Source: Acidobacteriota bacterium
Lineage (GTDB): Bacteria; Acidobacteriota; Vicinamibacteria; Vicinamibacterales; JAKQTR01
NCBI GenBank assembly: GCA_037133015.1
Contig: JBAXOX010000010.1
Span: forward strand, 11,210 to 75,209
Reading direction: 5' to 3'
DNA length: 64,000 nt
How positions within the stretch are numbered: position 1 is the first letter of the stretch; the number at the start of each line of letters is the position of its first letter. The position numbers were made by a program, and so were the translations under genes. Below the pieces are notes generated by a model. It saw nothing but the letters and a program-made list of their open reading frames with translations. It was not told where the DNA came from and did no database searches. This document shows, piece after piece, positions 48,422 through 58,091 of this stretch.

Positions 48422-48793
48422 TTGCGTCTCCTGGCCAACGAATGGCCCAACCATCAGCGGCTCAATAACGACGACGACGGGCGCCAGTGCCGGCAACGCC
48501 GGCACTCTGTATATCTTACTCTCCTGTGCGACAAACGCACCGATGGTCGCAGCCGGAGAATCCGCAACCGGCCGGAATTCGTGTTCGCGCCGCAGGCCAC
48601 AGCGACCAGCGTCTGCCCCTTGATCGGCGTGCGTTCCACAGAGGCATTCCCCACGGCGATTGCGGTGCGCGTGACCGCGGTTTGACCCGTGCGGGGGGCA
48701 TCGTCCTGGTATACGATGGTGGGCAATAACAGGACATCACACCACGCGGCGCCGGACTTCTGCCGCCACGCGCCACACGATCAGGAGGCCCCC

Positions 48794-50065
48794 ATGCCGA
48801 ACCACAGGCGCCGATGTCTCGTCGTTCTTCTCGTACTCGCCATGACACCATTTGCCGCCAGCCCAGTCGACGCCCAAGCCGACCGCATCCGGCGTATCCT
48901 TCGCGAGACGCCGTTGATCGACGGACACAACGACGTGCCCGAGCAATATCTCGATCGCGTCAAGGACCACCTGGATCAGATCGACCTTGCATCGGACACG
49001 TCGAAACTGAAGCCGCCGATGCACACCGACATCGCGCGGTTGAGGGCCGGGGGCGTCGGCGGCCAGTTCTGGTCGGTCTATGTCTCGCCCGGACTGCCGG
49101 GCCCCGACGCGGTCGTGGCGACGCTCGAGCAGATCGACGTCGTCAAACGTTTCGTGCAGCGCTACGCCGATACGTTCGACGCGGCGTACACCGCGGCCGA
49201 TATCGAACGCATCCACAAGAGCGGCAAGATCGCGTCCCTCATCGGCCTGGAGGGCGGACACTCCATCAATAACTCGCTGGGCACGCTGCGCCAGATGTAC
49301 GGCCTGGGCGCGCGCTACATGACCCTCACCCACTGGAGCAACAACCAGTGGGCCGATTCGGCCACCGCGACGTCCCAACATCACGGGCTCACCGCATTCG
49401 GCGACATGGTCGTCCTCGAGATGAACCGGTTGGGCATGCTCGTCGATCTCTCGCACGTCTCGGAACAGACAATGAATCGGGTGTTGGACATCACGAAGGC
49501 GCCGATTATCTTCTCGCACTCGTCGGCGCGGGCGCTCAACGCGCATCCTCGAAACGTCCCGGACGCGGTGCTGAAGCGCGTGGCCGCCAACGCCGGCGTG
49601 GTGATGGTGAACTTCGCGCCGGAGTTCATCTCGGAGGAGGTGCGCCACTATCAGGCGGCGGAACTGGCCGAAACGGCGCGGCTCAAGGACCTGATGCTGG
49701 GAGATCCCGAAGGCGCCGCGAAAGCACTCGCCGCCTGGAAGACCGCGCATCCGGCGCCACGCGCCACCCTCAACCAGGTGGCCGACCACATCGATCACAT
49801 CCGGAAGATCGCGGGCATCTCCCACGTCGGTCTCGGATCGGACTTCGACGGGATCACGACGATCCCCGCCGGGCTCGAAGATGTGTCGCGCTACCCGGAT
49901 CTGCTGGCGGAGTTGGCGCGCCGTGGATACAGTGACGATGACCTCCGCAAGGTGGCCGGGCTGAACGTGCTCAGGGTGCTTGCCGCGGCGGAAACGGTCG
50001 CCGCGCAACTTCAGAAGAGCACGCGACCCAACGACGCCAGAATCGAAGAAATCGACAAAAAATAG
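48794..50065 (+). CDS. Membrane dipeptidase (peptidase M19), exported
   Basis: Trimmed to ATG 48794 (AGGAGG SD). Signal peptide, then the LIDGHNDVPEQ motif and M19-type sequence throughout. Confidence 0.9.
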   Translation: MPNHRRRCLVVLLVLAMTPFAASPVDAQADRIRRILRETPLIDGHNDVPEQYLDRVKDHLDQIDLASDTSKLKPPMHTDIARLRAGGVGGQFWSVYVSPGLPGPDAVVATLEQIDVVKRFVQRYADTFDAAYTAADIERIHKSGKIASLIGLEGGHSINNSLGTLRQMYGLGARYMTLTHWSNNQWADSATATSQHHGLTAFGDMVVLEMNRLGMLVDLSHVSEQTMNRVLDITKAPIIFSHSSARALNAHPRNVPDAVLKRVAANAGVVMVNFAPEFISEEVRHYQAAELAETARLKDLMLGDPEGAAKALAAWKTAHPAPRATLNQVADHIDHIRKIAGISHVGLGSDFDGITTIPAGLEDVSRYPDLLAELARRGYSDDDLRKVAGLNVLRVLAAAETVAAQLQKSTRPNDARIEEIDKK

Positions 50066-50178
50066 CGGCAGGTCATCTGGTGTAGACTTTCCGCCGTGAG
50101 GCCCGTGAGGCCCGTCGGCTCCACAGCCGCGGCTTTTTGCCCAGACCGCTCAATCGCAGTCACTTCAGGGAGTCGCTC

Positions 50179-50817
50179 ATGAAGAAATTCGCCATTGGTT
50201 GCCTGATCGTTGTCGTCCTGTTGGCCGTGGTCGGTGGCGGCGCGGCGTACTGGCTGTACGGCAAGGCGAAGTCGTACGTCGGACAGTTCCAGGCGCTCAC
50301 CGACCTCGACAAGAAGGTCACCAACGTGGGGGCGTTTACCGCGCCCGCCAATGACGAACTGACTCAGGACATGGTGCAGCGGTTCGTCGCCGTCCAGGAG
50401 AGCATGCAGACGACATTGGGCGCTCGTGTCGCCGACATGAAGTCGAAGCAGGACACGTTGCTCAAGAGCCAGGAGGGTGACCAGCGCCAACCGTCAGCCG
50501 CCGAGGCCATTGGCGTGGTCACCGATCTGATGAAGCTCATCATGGAAGGCAAGACCGCCAAGGTGGATGCGCTCAACCAGCAGCGCTTTTCTCTGGCCGA
50601 GTACCAATGGGTGAGAAACCACGTCTACCAGGCGGCCGGCGTGGAAATCGTCGAACTCAGTCTCCCGACGTCTCCGGGAGCGCCCAAGGCGGGCGGCGGG
50701 ATCACACGGGTGCTGGGCGATTCGGGCGCCGCGGTACCCGCCAGGAACAGGGAACTGGTCGCGCCGCTCGTGCCGAAGCTCAAGGAGTGGGCGCCGCTCG
50801 CGTTCTTCGGCCTGTAA
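50179..50817 (+). CDS. Hypothetical membrane-anchored protein
   Basis: Trimmed to ATG 50179 (MKKFAIGCLIVVVLLAVVGGGAAYWLY anchor). No recognisable domain. Confidence 0.5.
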   Translation: MKKFAIGCLIVVVLLAVVGGGAAYWLYGKAKSYVGQFQALTDLDKKVTNVGAFTAPANDELTQDMVQRFVAVQESMQTTLGARVADMKSKQDTLLKSQEGDQRQPSAAEAIGVVTDLMKLIMEGKTAKVDALNQQRFSLAEYQWVRNHVYQAAGVEIVELSLPTSPGAPKAGGGITRVLGDSGAAVPARNRELVAPLVPKLKEWAPLAFFGL

Positions 50818-50935
50818 TCACGGTCCAGACGCGCCGGGCCCCGCATCGACCCAGGCGCTGTTCATCCTCAGCCGGTTGACGGCGGCGGCGCAGACGTTGT
50901 TGCGCCAGCCGCCGGTCCCTTCTTCCTGATCAGCG

Positions 50936-51835
50936 CTACTTCTTGACCAGTTCCACACGCCGGTTCTTTGCGCGTCCCTCTTCGGTGCGGTTGTCAGAAA
51001 CGGGCGACGTCTGGCCGTAGCCTTTGGCGGTCAGCCGGTCCCGCGTGATGCCCCGCTCGACCAGCGCGGCCATCACGGCTTGCGCGCGGTCCTGCGAGAG
51101 CTTCAGGTTCGCCTCGGCCGTGCCCACGTTGTCGGTGTGTCCTCCGACCTCGACACGCAGGCCCGCCGACGCCTTGAGCGCCGAGGCGGCGGCATCGAGG
51201 GTCTTGGCCGAGTCGGGGTTGATGGTGGCTTTTCCAGTCTCGAAGTTGATGTACAGCGCAATGAATCCGTCTTTGGCCAGCTTGTCGACCAGTTCGTTGA
51301 CACTGATCTCCTGCTTCATTTCCTCGCGCTCCGACACCGTCATCTCATAACTGCCCGCGTCTTCGCTGGCCTGGAGAAAGGCCCAGGTTTCCTTGCCGCC
51401 ACTGACGAACTTCATCGTCAATGCGTAACTCAGGCACCCGTTGCCCATTCTGGGCATGTGCTCGCCGTCGTAGTTGGCCTTGCACCAGCCCGGATACCGC
51501 CCCTCGATGGTTCCGCCGGCCTTTTTCGCCGCGGCTTCGAAGTTGCGCATGATCTGCAAACCACTGGGCGCCTGCGCCCCTTCGTTCAACTGGTAGCCGA
51601 TCCACCGCACCGCCCCCTCGACCTCCACCGACTTCGTGTTCGAATCCTCCTTGGCGGGGACGCCGACCGGAAATGCCCGCAGATCGAACTGACTGCTGTG
51701 GCAGTCGACGATGTGCACGTTCGGAAATCGGGTGAACAACGGATGATCTTTGCAGCCTTCCAGATCCTGCTGCGCCGACACCGGAGCAGCCGCGAACAGC
51801 CAGAGCGCCAGAGCACCGACGATCATCGTCTTCAT
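50936..51835 (-). CDS. OmpA-family protein (C-terminal OmpA/peptidoglycan-binding domain)
   Basis: Start moved to ATG 51835 (GGAGGAAACAG immediately upstream). Signal peptide. C-terminal segment (GHTDNVGTAEANLKLSQDRAQAV...NRRVELV). Confidence 0.85.
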   Translation of the reverse strand: MKTMIVGALALWLFAAAPVSAQQDLEGCKDHPLFTRFPNVHIVDCHSSQFDLRAFPVGVPAKEDSNTKSVEVEGAVRWIGYQLNEGAQAPSGLQIMRNFEAAAKKAGGTIEGRYPGWCKANYDGEHMPRMGNGCLSYALTMKFVSGGKETWAFLQASEDAGSYEMTVSEREEMKQEISVNELVDKLAKDGFIALYINFETGKATINPDSAKTLDAAASALKASAGLRVEVGGHTDNVGTAEANLKLSQDRAQAVMAALVERGITRDRLTAKGYGQTSPVSDNRTEEGRAKNRRVELVKK

Positions 51836-51992
51836 CTGTTTCCTCCGATTCATGATGGCAAGTCAGTTCCGGTTAACGATCGGCCGCCGTTGCGCCGCGG
51901 CCGCGGCCCAACCCTACGAGGCTAACGGGCCGGTTGCCGCACAGTCAAGGCCCTGGCGGTCGCCCGCACACCCGGGCTGTCGCCCTGTCGGG

Positions 51993-52976
51993 TCACAAGG
52001 GCAGCCATGTGCCCGCGCCTGCCTTCAGCGCCCGGGCATAAACCAGCGGCGCGGTGGCGATGTCGTCCAGCGCCAGACCAAGATTGCAGGCCATCGTGCG
52101 CTCCCGCGGTGTTTCTCTCGCAGACTTCCGGCCGGCGACCAACTCCCCAAGGTCGGCATGAATCGCGGGGATCTGCTGGAAGTAGCCGATCCGGCGATAG
52201 TGCTCGAGCTGCGGCACGTCGTCGGTGCAGAACTTGTCGATCTCGCGCAGTGCGTCAGGATGCCAATAGGAGTCGAAGTCCACCAGCGACGCAAACGACC
52301 CCTCGTCGAACCAGCCGGGTTGAATGGTCGCGTGCGGCTGGCGAAGGATGGGACCGGCGGTGACGACGATGTCGCAGCCGGTGACGGCGTCTCTGGGCTG
52401 GTCAACCGGAACCACGTCCAGGCCCAGCGTGGCGCTCATCTCTCGGGCGTACAACTCGCGCGCCGCACGATCCACGTCGAACGCCCGGACGGACCTGAGG
52501 TCGAAGACGACGTTCAGCGCCTCCAGGTTGCTCCGGCCCTGCACGCCGCAGCCGAGCATGCCGACGGTGTGCGACTCGGGACGCGCCAGAAGTCTGGCGG
52601 CAACCGCCGTCGCCGCGCCCGTGCGCTTGGCGGTGATCCAGGTGCAATCCATCACCGCGGTGGGCATGCCCGTCCCGGCGTCGTTCAGCACGATCAACCC
52701 CGAGATATAGGGCAGGCCGCGGCGCTGATTCCCAGGATAGCCGCCCACCCACTTCATGCCGACCGCCTGCTGCGCCGGAATGTAGGCCGGCATGGCGTGA
52801 ATGAAGGCGTCCGGCCCAGGGTGAACGCCTGGCTTGGGGGGCATTTCGACGCGCCCGGCAGCTTTTTCGGCGAACATGGCCTCGAGCGCGGCGATGATGT
52901 CGGCCATTGGAAGGCCGAGTCCGGCCACGTCGGCCTGCGAGAGGTAGAGCAATTCCCGCCCCAGTCGATCGGTCAC
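51993..52976 (-). CDS. Ornithine cyclodeaminase / mu-crystallin family protein
   Basis: 327 aa. Rossmann motif GMLGCGVQG and family-typical flanks (MKWVGGYPGN, TAKRTGAATAVAA). Confidence 0.85.
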   Translation of the reverse strand: MTDRLGRELLYLSQADVAGLGLPMADIIAALEAMFAEKAAGRVEMPPKPGVHPGPDAFIHAMPAYIPAQQAVGMKWVGGYPGNQRRGLPYISGLIVLNDAGTGMPTAVMDCTWITAKRTGAATAVAARLLARPESHTVGMLGCGVQGRSNLEALNVVFDLRSVRAFDVDRAARELYAREMSATLGLDVVPVDQPRDAVTGCDIVVTAGPILRQPHATIQPGWFDEGSFASLVDFDSYWHPDALREIDKFCTDDVPQLEHYRRIGYFQQIPAIHADLGELVAGRKSARETPRERTMACNLGLALDDIATAPLVYARALKAGAGTWLPL

Positions 52977-53523
52977 GCCTGACCTCCTGTTCGGCGCGGC
53001 GTCGCGCCCCAGCGCTCATTGTGCCCTCGGCGCCTCGTCAATCGGAAGTTTTATTCGCAGGCGGCGGACGCCCTCACGCCGAAACGGGCCGGACCACTTC
53101 CTGTCCGCGACCCGGAGGGTGTGCGGCCGAGTAACGACGTCATATCGAGACATGACGAAAGGTAGTGGCATTCCGGTGATATCCGAAATTGAATCACCAC
53201 GCTACATCGTCTTCGAGATCGATTGCCGACGCTCGCAAACCGGCGAAGGCCCGGCGCCACTGCGCTGCGGCGCGCTCCCGCGCACAATCTGTGCGGCTGT
53301 CCGTCTGTCCGCCTGTTTTGCCGCCTTCGGCTGGCCCGCGGCAACCGGAATGCCCCGATATGACCAGCGTCATAGGGCCGCACCCAAGCTCCGGGTAGTA
53401 TTGGCACTGCTTTCCTCTACGCGGGCCGCGCGGCATTCCCGTGCGAGCCTATCCTCTTTCCCTTCCGGCCGTCGTTTGCGCCCGGGCGTCGTGCGCGGCT
53501 GGTGAAGCTCTGGAGCAACGCTG

Positions 53524-55752
53524 GTGAGAAGACTGTGGTTGGCCTTTGGATTCGTCATTCTGGCGTCGTTTGCCGTGCTCGGTTGGGTTGGCGCGAGGAT
53601 TTACCAGCAAGCGCCCCCGGTTCCCCGACAGGTCGTGACAACCGACGGCGTCATCGTGATTCCGGATGGCGATGTGGCCGAAGGCCAGAACGTGTGGCGC
53701 TCGATGGGAGGCATGGAGGTCGGCTCCATCTGGGGACACGGTAGTTACGTGGCCCCCGACTGGTCCGCCGACTGGCTGCATCGCGAGTCCGTGGCCGTGC
53801 TCGACTCGTGGGCGAAGGCCGAGCGCGGCACCGCATACGAGTTGCTCCCGGCCGAGCATCAGGCGGCGCTGCGCCAGCGGCTCGAGACCATGATGCGCCA
53901 GAACGGCTACGACCCGGCGACCGGCACGCTCACTGTGCCGGCAGTAAGGGCCCAGGCGTTTGCCGTCAACCTCGCGCACTACGCTGATGTGTTCGGCAAC
54001 GGCCGCAAGGAGTACGCGATTCCATCTGGCGCGCAGACCGACCCGCAAAAGCTTCGCCAGCTCGCAGCGTTCTTCTTCTGGAGTTCGTGGGCCGCTGCGA
54101 CCAATCGCCCTGGCGACACCGTCAGCTACACCAGCAACTGGCCGCACGAGCCGCTGGTGGGCAACAGACCGACCGGCGACACCGTCGTCTGGACCGGCGT
54201 GAGCATCATCATGCTGCTGGCCGGCATCGGCCTGATGGCGTGGTGGTATGCCTCGCGCGAAGCCGAACCGGTCGAGGGCGACGTGCCCGCCAGCGACCCG
54301 CTGCTCGGCAGCATCGCGACGCCCTCCCAGCGATCGGTCATCAAGTACTTCTGGGTGGTGTCTGGGCTGATCCTGCTCCAGGTCGTGCTCGGCATCGTCG
54401 CCGCGCACTACGGGGTGGAAGGCGACGGATTCTTCGGCGTCAAGATTGCGGAGTTCCTGCCGTACAGCGTGGCGCGGACCTGGCACACGCAGTTGGGAAT
54501 CTTCTGGATCGCGACCGCATGGCTGGCGGCCGGCCTCTACATCGCACCGGCGGTGGGCGCGGAGCCGAAGTTCCAGGTGATCGGCGTCAACGTGCTGTTT
54601 GGCGCGTTACTCGTGGTCGTGCTTGGCTCGATGGCGGGCGAATGGCTGAGCATCAAGCAACTGCTCGGAACCGGAGACGCCTGGTATTACTTCGGCCACA
54701 GCGGCTACGAGTACATCGACCTCGGCAAGTTCTTTCAGGTGGCGCTGCTGGCTGGGTTGTTCATCTGGCTGTTCCTGATGGTGCGCGGCATCCTGCCGGC
54801 GCTGAGGCGCGACGATGAGCAGCGGCCGATTCTCACCCTGTTTGCCATCTCGTGCGTAGCCATCGCCGGTTTCTATGGCGCGGCGCTCGGCGTCGGACGG
54901 CACACCAATCTGGCGATCGCCGAGTACTGGCGGTGGTGGGTGGTCCACCTCTGGGTCGAAGGCTTCTTCGAAGTGTTCGCCACGGTGGTCGTCGCCTTCC
55001 TGTTCGCGAAACTGCGCCTGGTCGGCCTGCGACGGGCGGGCGAGGCGGCCATCCTCGGGGCGACGATCTATCTCTCGGGCGGCATCATCGGGACGCTGCA
55101 TCACCTGTACTTTGCGGGGACGCCGACCGTGGCGCTGGCCCTGGGATCCGTCTTCAGCGCGCTCGAAGTCGTGCCGCTGATGTTTGTCGGCTACGAGGCC
55201 TGGCACAACATCCGGCTGTCGCGCAGCAAGCCGTGGGTTCAGCAGTACAAATGGCCGATCGCCTGCTTCGTGGCTGTCGCGTTCTGGAACATGATCGGCG
55301 CCGGATTGTTCGGCTTCATGATCAATCCGCCCGTCGCGCTCTACTACATGCAGGGGCTCAACACGACGCCATTGCATGGACACGCGGCACTGTTCGGCGT
55401 CTACGGGATGCTCGGCATCGGGTTGATGCTGTTCTGCCTGCGGGCGCTCCGGCCTGAAGACCAGTGGAACGACGGCTTGGTCCGTTTTTCGTTCTGGACG
55501 ATCAATGTCGGGCTCTTCCTGATGATCACGCTCAGCCTCCTCCCGGTGGGGTTGATGCAGACGTGGGCATCGGTGACCAGCGGCTACTGGTACGCGCGGA
55601 GTCCCGAGTTCCTGCAGTCGCCCACGTTGCAGTATCTGCGCTGGCTGCGAGTGGTGGGCGACACGATCTTCGCCGCCGGCGCCGTGACGCTGGTGTACTT
55701 CGTATTTTCGCGGGCCCGCAGCGGCCGCGGCGAATCCGGTCGGTCCGCATAA
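53524..55752 (+). CDS. norB: Quinol-dependent nitric oxide reductase (qNOR), heme-copper oxidase subunit-I family
   Basis: 742 aa. N-terminal TM helix plus a periplasmic extension (GQNVWRSMGGMEVGSIWGHGSYVAPDWSADWLHRE), then a 12-TM catalytic core with conserved His ligands (HLWVEGFFEVF, HHLYF, GHAALFG). Confidence 0.9.
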   Translation: MRRLWLAFGFVILASFAVLGWVGARIYQQAPPVPRQVVTTDGVIVIPDGDVAEGQNVWRSMGGMEVGSIWGHGSYVAPDWSADWLHRESVAVLDSWAKAERGTAYELLPAEHQAALRQRLETMMRQNGYDPATGTLTVPAVRAQAFAVNLAHYADVFGNGRKEYAIPSGAQTDPQKLRQLAAFFFWSSWAAATNRPGDTVSYTSNWPHEPLVGNRPTGDTVVWTGVSIIMLLAGIGLMAWWYASREAEPVEGDVPASDPLLGSIATPSQRSVIKYFWVVSGLILLQVVLGIVAAHYGVEGDGFFGVKIAEFLPYSVARTWHTQLGIFWIATAWLAAGLYIAPAVGAEPKFQVIGVNVLFGALLVVVLGSMAGEWLSIKQLLGTGDAWYYFGHSGYEYIDLGKFFQVALLAGLFIWLFLMVRGILPALRRDDEQRPILTLFAISCVAIAGFYGAALGVGRHTNLAIAEYWRWWVVHLWVEGFFEVFATVVVAFLFAKLRLVGLRRAGEAAILGATIYLSGGIIGTLHHLYFAGTPTVALALGSVFSALEVVPLMFVGYEAWHNIRLSRSKPWVQQYKWPIACFVAVAFWNMIGAGLFGFMINPPVALYYMQGLNTTPLHGHAALFGVYGMLGIGLMLFCLRALRPEDQWNDGLVRFSFWTINVGLFLMITLSLLPVGLMQTWASVTSGYWYARSPEFLQSPTLQYLRWLRVVGDTIFAAGAVTLVYFVFSRARSGRGESGRSA

Positions 55753-55889
55753 TCCTCACAGCTTGGTCGCCGCCAGGTGCGGGTGTGATTTTGCGTGGGT
55801 CGGCCTGCGCTGATAATTCGCGTCGGGCTGGGCGGACACCTGGCTGTGCTGAGGTCGGCCGCTGATGCAGTCGTGTGGTCCTAGGCGCC

Positions 55890-56363
55890 CTAGAAGAACG
55901 CCACCGTCACACCCGGATTGCGAGCGTCTGGAGCCACGCAGATCACGGCCGGCACCTCAGCAAGATAGCGCCGGACTGCGACACGCAGCCGTCCGCCGCT
56001 GATGCCGTGGATGATCTCGACGTGCGGGAGATTGGCGCGGATCGCGCCATCCAGAAACACGGGGAGTGCCGCCAGGGCCTCGGGCACGGTCATCCCATGC
56101 AGATCGATCGACCGCAACTGGCTCGTGTCTGCTTCGGGAGCGGGCGCTACCAGTTTGGCTGAGTCGGCTTTTCGTGGCGGAGCGTCGCGGTCTCGCCGCT
56201 TCTGCTTCTTCGAGTGCGATACGGTCTCTAACTGCCTTTCCTCGCAGATCATCGTCAGGCCGCCCACGGCAATCCGGTAGCGGTTGCCGGCGAGGACGTC
56301 GAGGATACGGCCGTGCTTTCGGAGGCTGACGACGGCGACCTCAGAACCGAGGATGAATGCCAT
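55890..56363 (-). CDS. Smr-domain protein
   Basis: Trimmed to ATG 56363. C-terminal Smr domain (IDLHGMTVPEALAALPVFLDGA...VEIIHGISGGRLRVAVRRYL). Confidence 0.8.
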   Translation of the reverse strand: MAFILGSEVAVVSLRKHGRILDVLAGNRYRIAVGGLTMICEERQLETVSHSKKQKRRDRDAPPRKADSAKLVAPAPEADTSQLRSIDLHGMTVPEALAALPVFLDGAIRANLPHVEIIHGISGGRLRVAVRRYLAEVPAVICVAPDARNPGVTVAFF

Positions 56364-56433
56364 GACCCCATAGTGGGGCGGTTGGCCGCAGGAATCAACG
56401 AGATCCTGGAATGCGAAATCCTGGAGTGGCCGG

Positions 56434-56700
56434 CTACCTGCCGGAACGACCCGCTGTCGCGCGCCGCGCGTGCAGGTCCACAAAGAACCTGATCACCGCC
56501 GCCTCGTTCACGAAGTCGCAGCGGGTCGTTGGGGCCGTAGTCGACCCAGTGGCCTTCGCCGGCGGCGATGTCCCTCAGAGCCAGGATCCGCACGAATGGC
56601 GCTTCACAGATCTTCTCGCACTTCACGTGATTGAGGTCGGCCGGTGCGTCGTGCATCCGCGTGAAGACGTTGCCGTTGATGCCGTCGATGGTCGGGATAA
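56434..56700 (-). pseudogene. 3' fragment of a SET-domain gene (paralogue of 60188-60739), frameshifted
   Basis: 56467-56694 aligns to 60221-60448 at roughly 87 percent identity by hand, with one 1-nt indel. It encodes ...IDGINGNVFTRMHDAPADLNHVKCEKICEAPFVRILALRDIAAGEGHWVDYGPN and then shifts frame. The first ~100 codons are missing. Confidence 0.7.
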
Positions 56701-56751
56701 GGCGTGGCGCCCCGGTTGGCCGGCGGCGCCACGGGTCAGGCAGAAGGCCGC

Positions 56752-57786
56752 TTACTGCAGGGTGCCTTTCGAGGCGGCCCCACCCGCCGGCATGTTCTTG
56801 TTGAAGAAGTCGATGCTCTGCTGGATGATCTTCACCTGGATGTCGTCCGGCTTGGCATTCCCCTTCTCATCTCGAGGCACCCGAATGATGAAGCCGTGCA
56901 CCGGGTGGTCGTACTTCACGCTCTCGACGTTCTTGCCCGCCTCCTTCATCCACGTGAAGGCCGTCTCGAACAGTCCTTCGAGCGAGTCGTGCGTGCGCAG
57001 GACGAACAGGACGGGGAAGTTGATGCGCTTGATGCGCTCCATGGCGAGATCCTTGTTCTTCAAGAACGGCGCCACCGACGCCATCGTCGGCAGTTGATTC
57101 TCGTCGCCCGCGAAGCCCTTTTCGTCGATCTGCAGGAATTCGCTGGTATCGGGTTCCGAGGAGATCGCCGCTGCGACCTGCATGCCTTCGGCGCCCGCCT
57201 TGAGGATCATGCCGCCGCCGTGGCTGTTGCCGCACAACCCCACCCGGTTCGGATCGACATACGGCAACGTCTTGACGTACTGCACGATCGTCATCAGGTC
57301 GTTGTATTCGAGCGCCGGCCGGTTCAGCAACTGGTTCGCCTGGTGGTGCGACACGGTGAGCGGCTTGACGCGCGTGTACTCGAACCAGCTCTCGGCGCGG
57401 TAGTTCAGGTAGCCGACCGCGTAGCCCGCCTTCAGGTAGCGTTCCATCGTGTACGCCGCCTGATTGTTGACGTATTCTCGCACCGCCCTCACGCCGGACC
57501 CGCCGTTGCCGCTGAAGAACATCACGATGGGGAACGGCCCCTTGCCCGCAGGGTGGCGCAACCCAATCGGCATGTACAAGCCGTCGACGGTCTCGAGCAG
57601 CGTGATATCAACGGGGATGTCGGAGCCCTTCACAGGCTCAGTGAACACGAAGGCGTCCCACGGTGGGACAATGGGCATCTGGGGCGGCTTGAAGTCCGGA
57701 AGCGGCGTCGACGGAGCCGGTTGCTGCGCGAGAACGGCGCCAGCGGCGCACAATGACAGACAACACGCGAGGATAAAAGAACGCAT
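56752..57786 (-). CDS. Exported alpha/beta hydrolase (dienelactone hydrolase / S9 peptidase-like)
   Basis: Trimmed to ATG 57786 (AAGGAG SD; signal MRSFILACCLSLCAAGAVLA). Nucleophile elbow GNSHGG. C-terminal DHPVHGF His region. Confidence 0.8.
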   Translation of the reverse strand: MRSFILACCLSLCAAGAVLAQQPAPSTPLPDFKPPQMPIVPPWDAFVFTEPVKGSDIPVDITLLETVDGLYMPIGLRHPAGKGPFPIVMFFSGNGGSGVRAVREYVNNQAAYTMERYLKAGYAVGYLNYRAESWFEYTRVKPLTVSHHQANQLLNRPALEYNDLMTIVQYVKTLPYVDPNRVGLCGNSHGGGMILKAGAEGMQVAAAISSEPDTSEFLQIDEKGFAGDENQLPTMASVAPFLKNKDLAMERIKRINFPVLFVLRTHDSLEGLFETAFTWMKEAGKNVESVKYDHPVHGFIIRVPRDEKGNAKPDDIQVKIIQQSIDFFNKNMPAGGAASKGTLQ

Positions 57787-58091
57787 GATCACTCCTTGGT
57801 AGCGCCAGATTCGATATTGCCGAGGTGAAGACCCGTGGTCGGTCGCATCGTACACCAGTCAACGCGCGCACTGATCAGGATTCCTCCTCGTTTCGGCAGG
57901 CACGGCTGTTGGGCGTGAATCGAGTTCACTCTGCAATGTCTTCGCGGTGGCCTGCTGCTTCTCTTGGCGCTCGCAATGCCCGCCGCGGCGGCCGGTCAGA
58001 AGGCCGTGATCGTCGTCCGCCACGCCGAGAACGCGGGCGACAAGCTCACCAAGGGACGGCGCGCAGGCAGGTCAAGGCCTGAGCGAAGCGG

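Noticed and set aside
53402-53417. A TGGCAC motif upstream of norB as a possible sigma-54 (NorR-type) promoter
   Set aside because: The sequence is TGGCACTGCTTTCCT. The GG-N10-GC spacing rule is not met, because the -12 position reads CT rather than GC.
56255-56656. 133-aa ORF starting MHDAPADLNHVKCEKICEAPF...
   Set aside because: It is the frameshifted SET-gene fragment read through into the Smr gene region. It has no SD and its second half is out-of-frame junk. It is annotated as a pseudogene instead.
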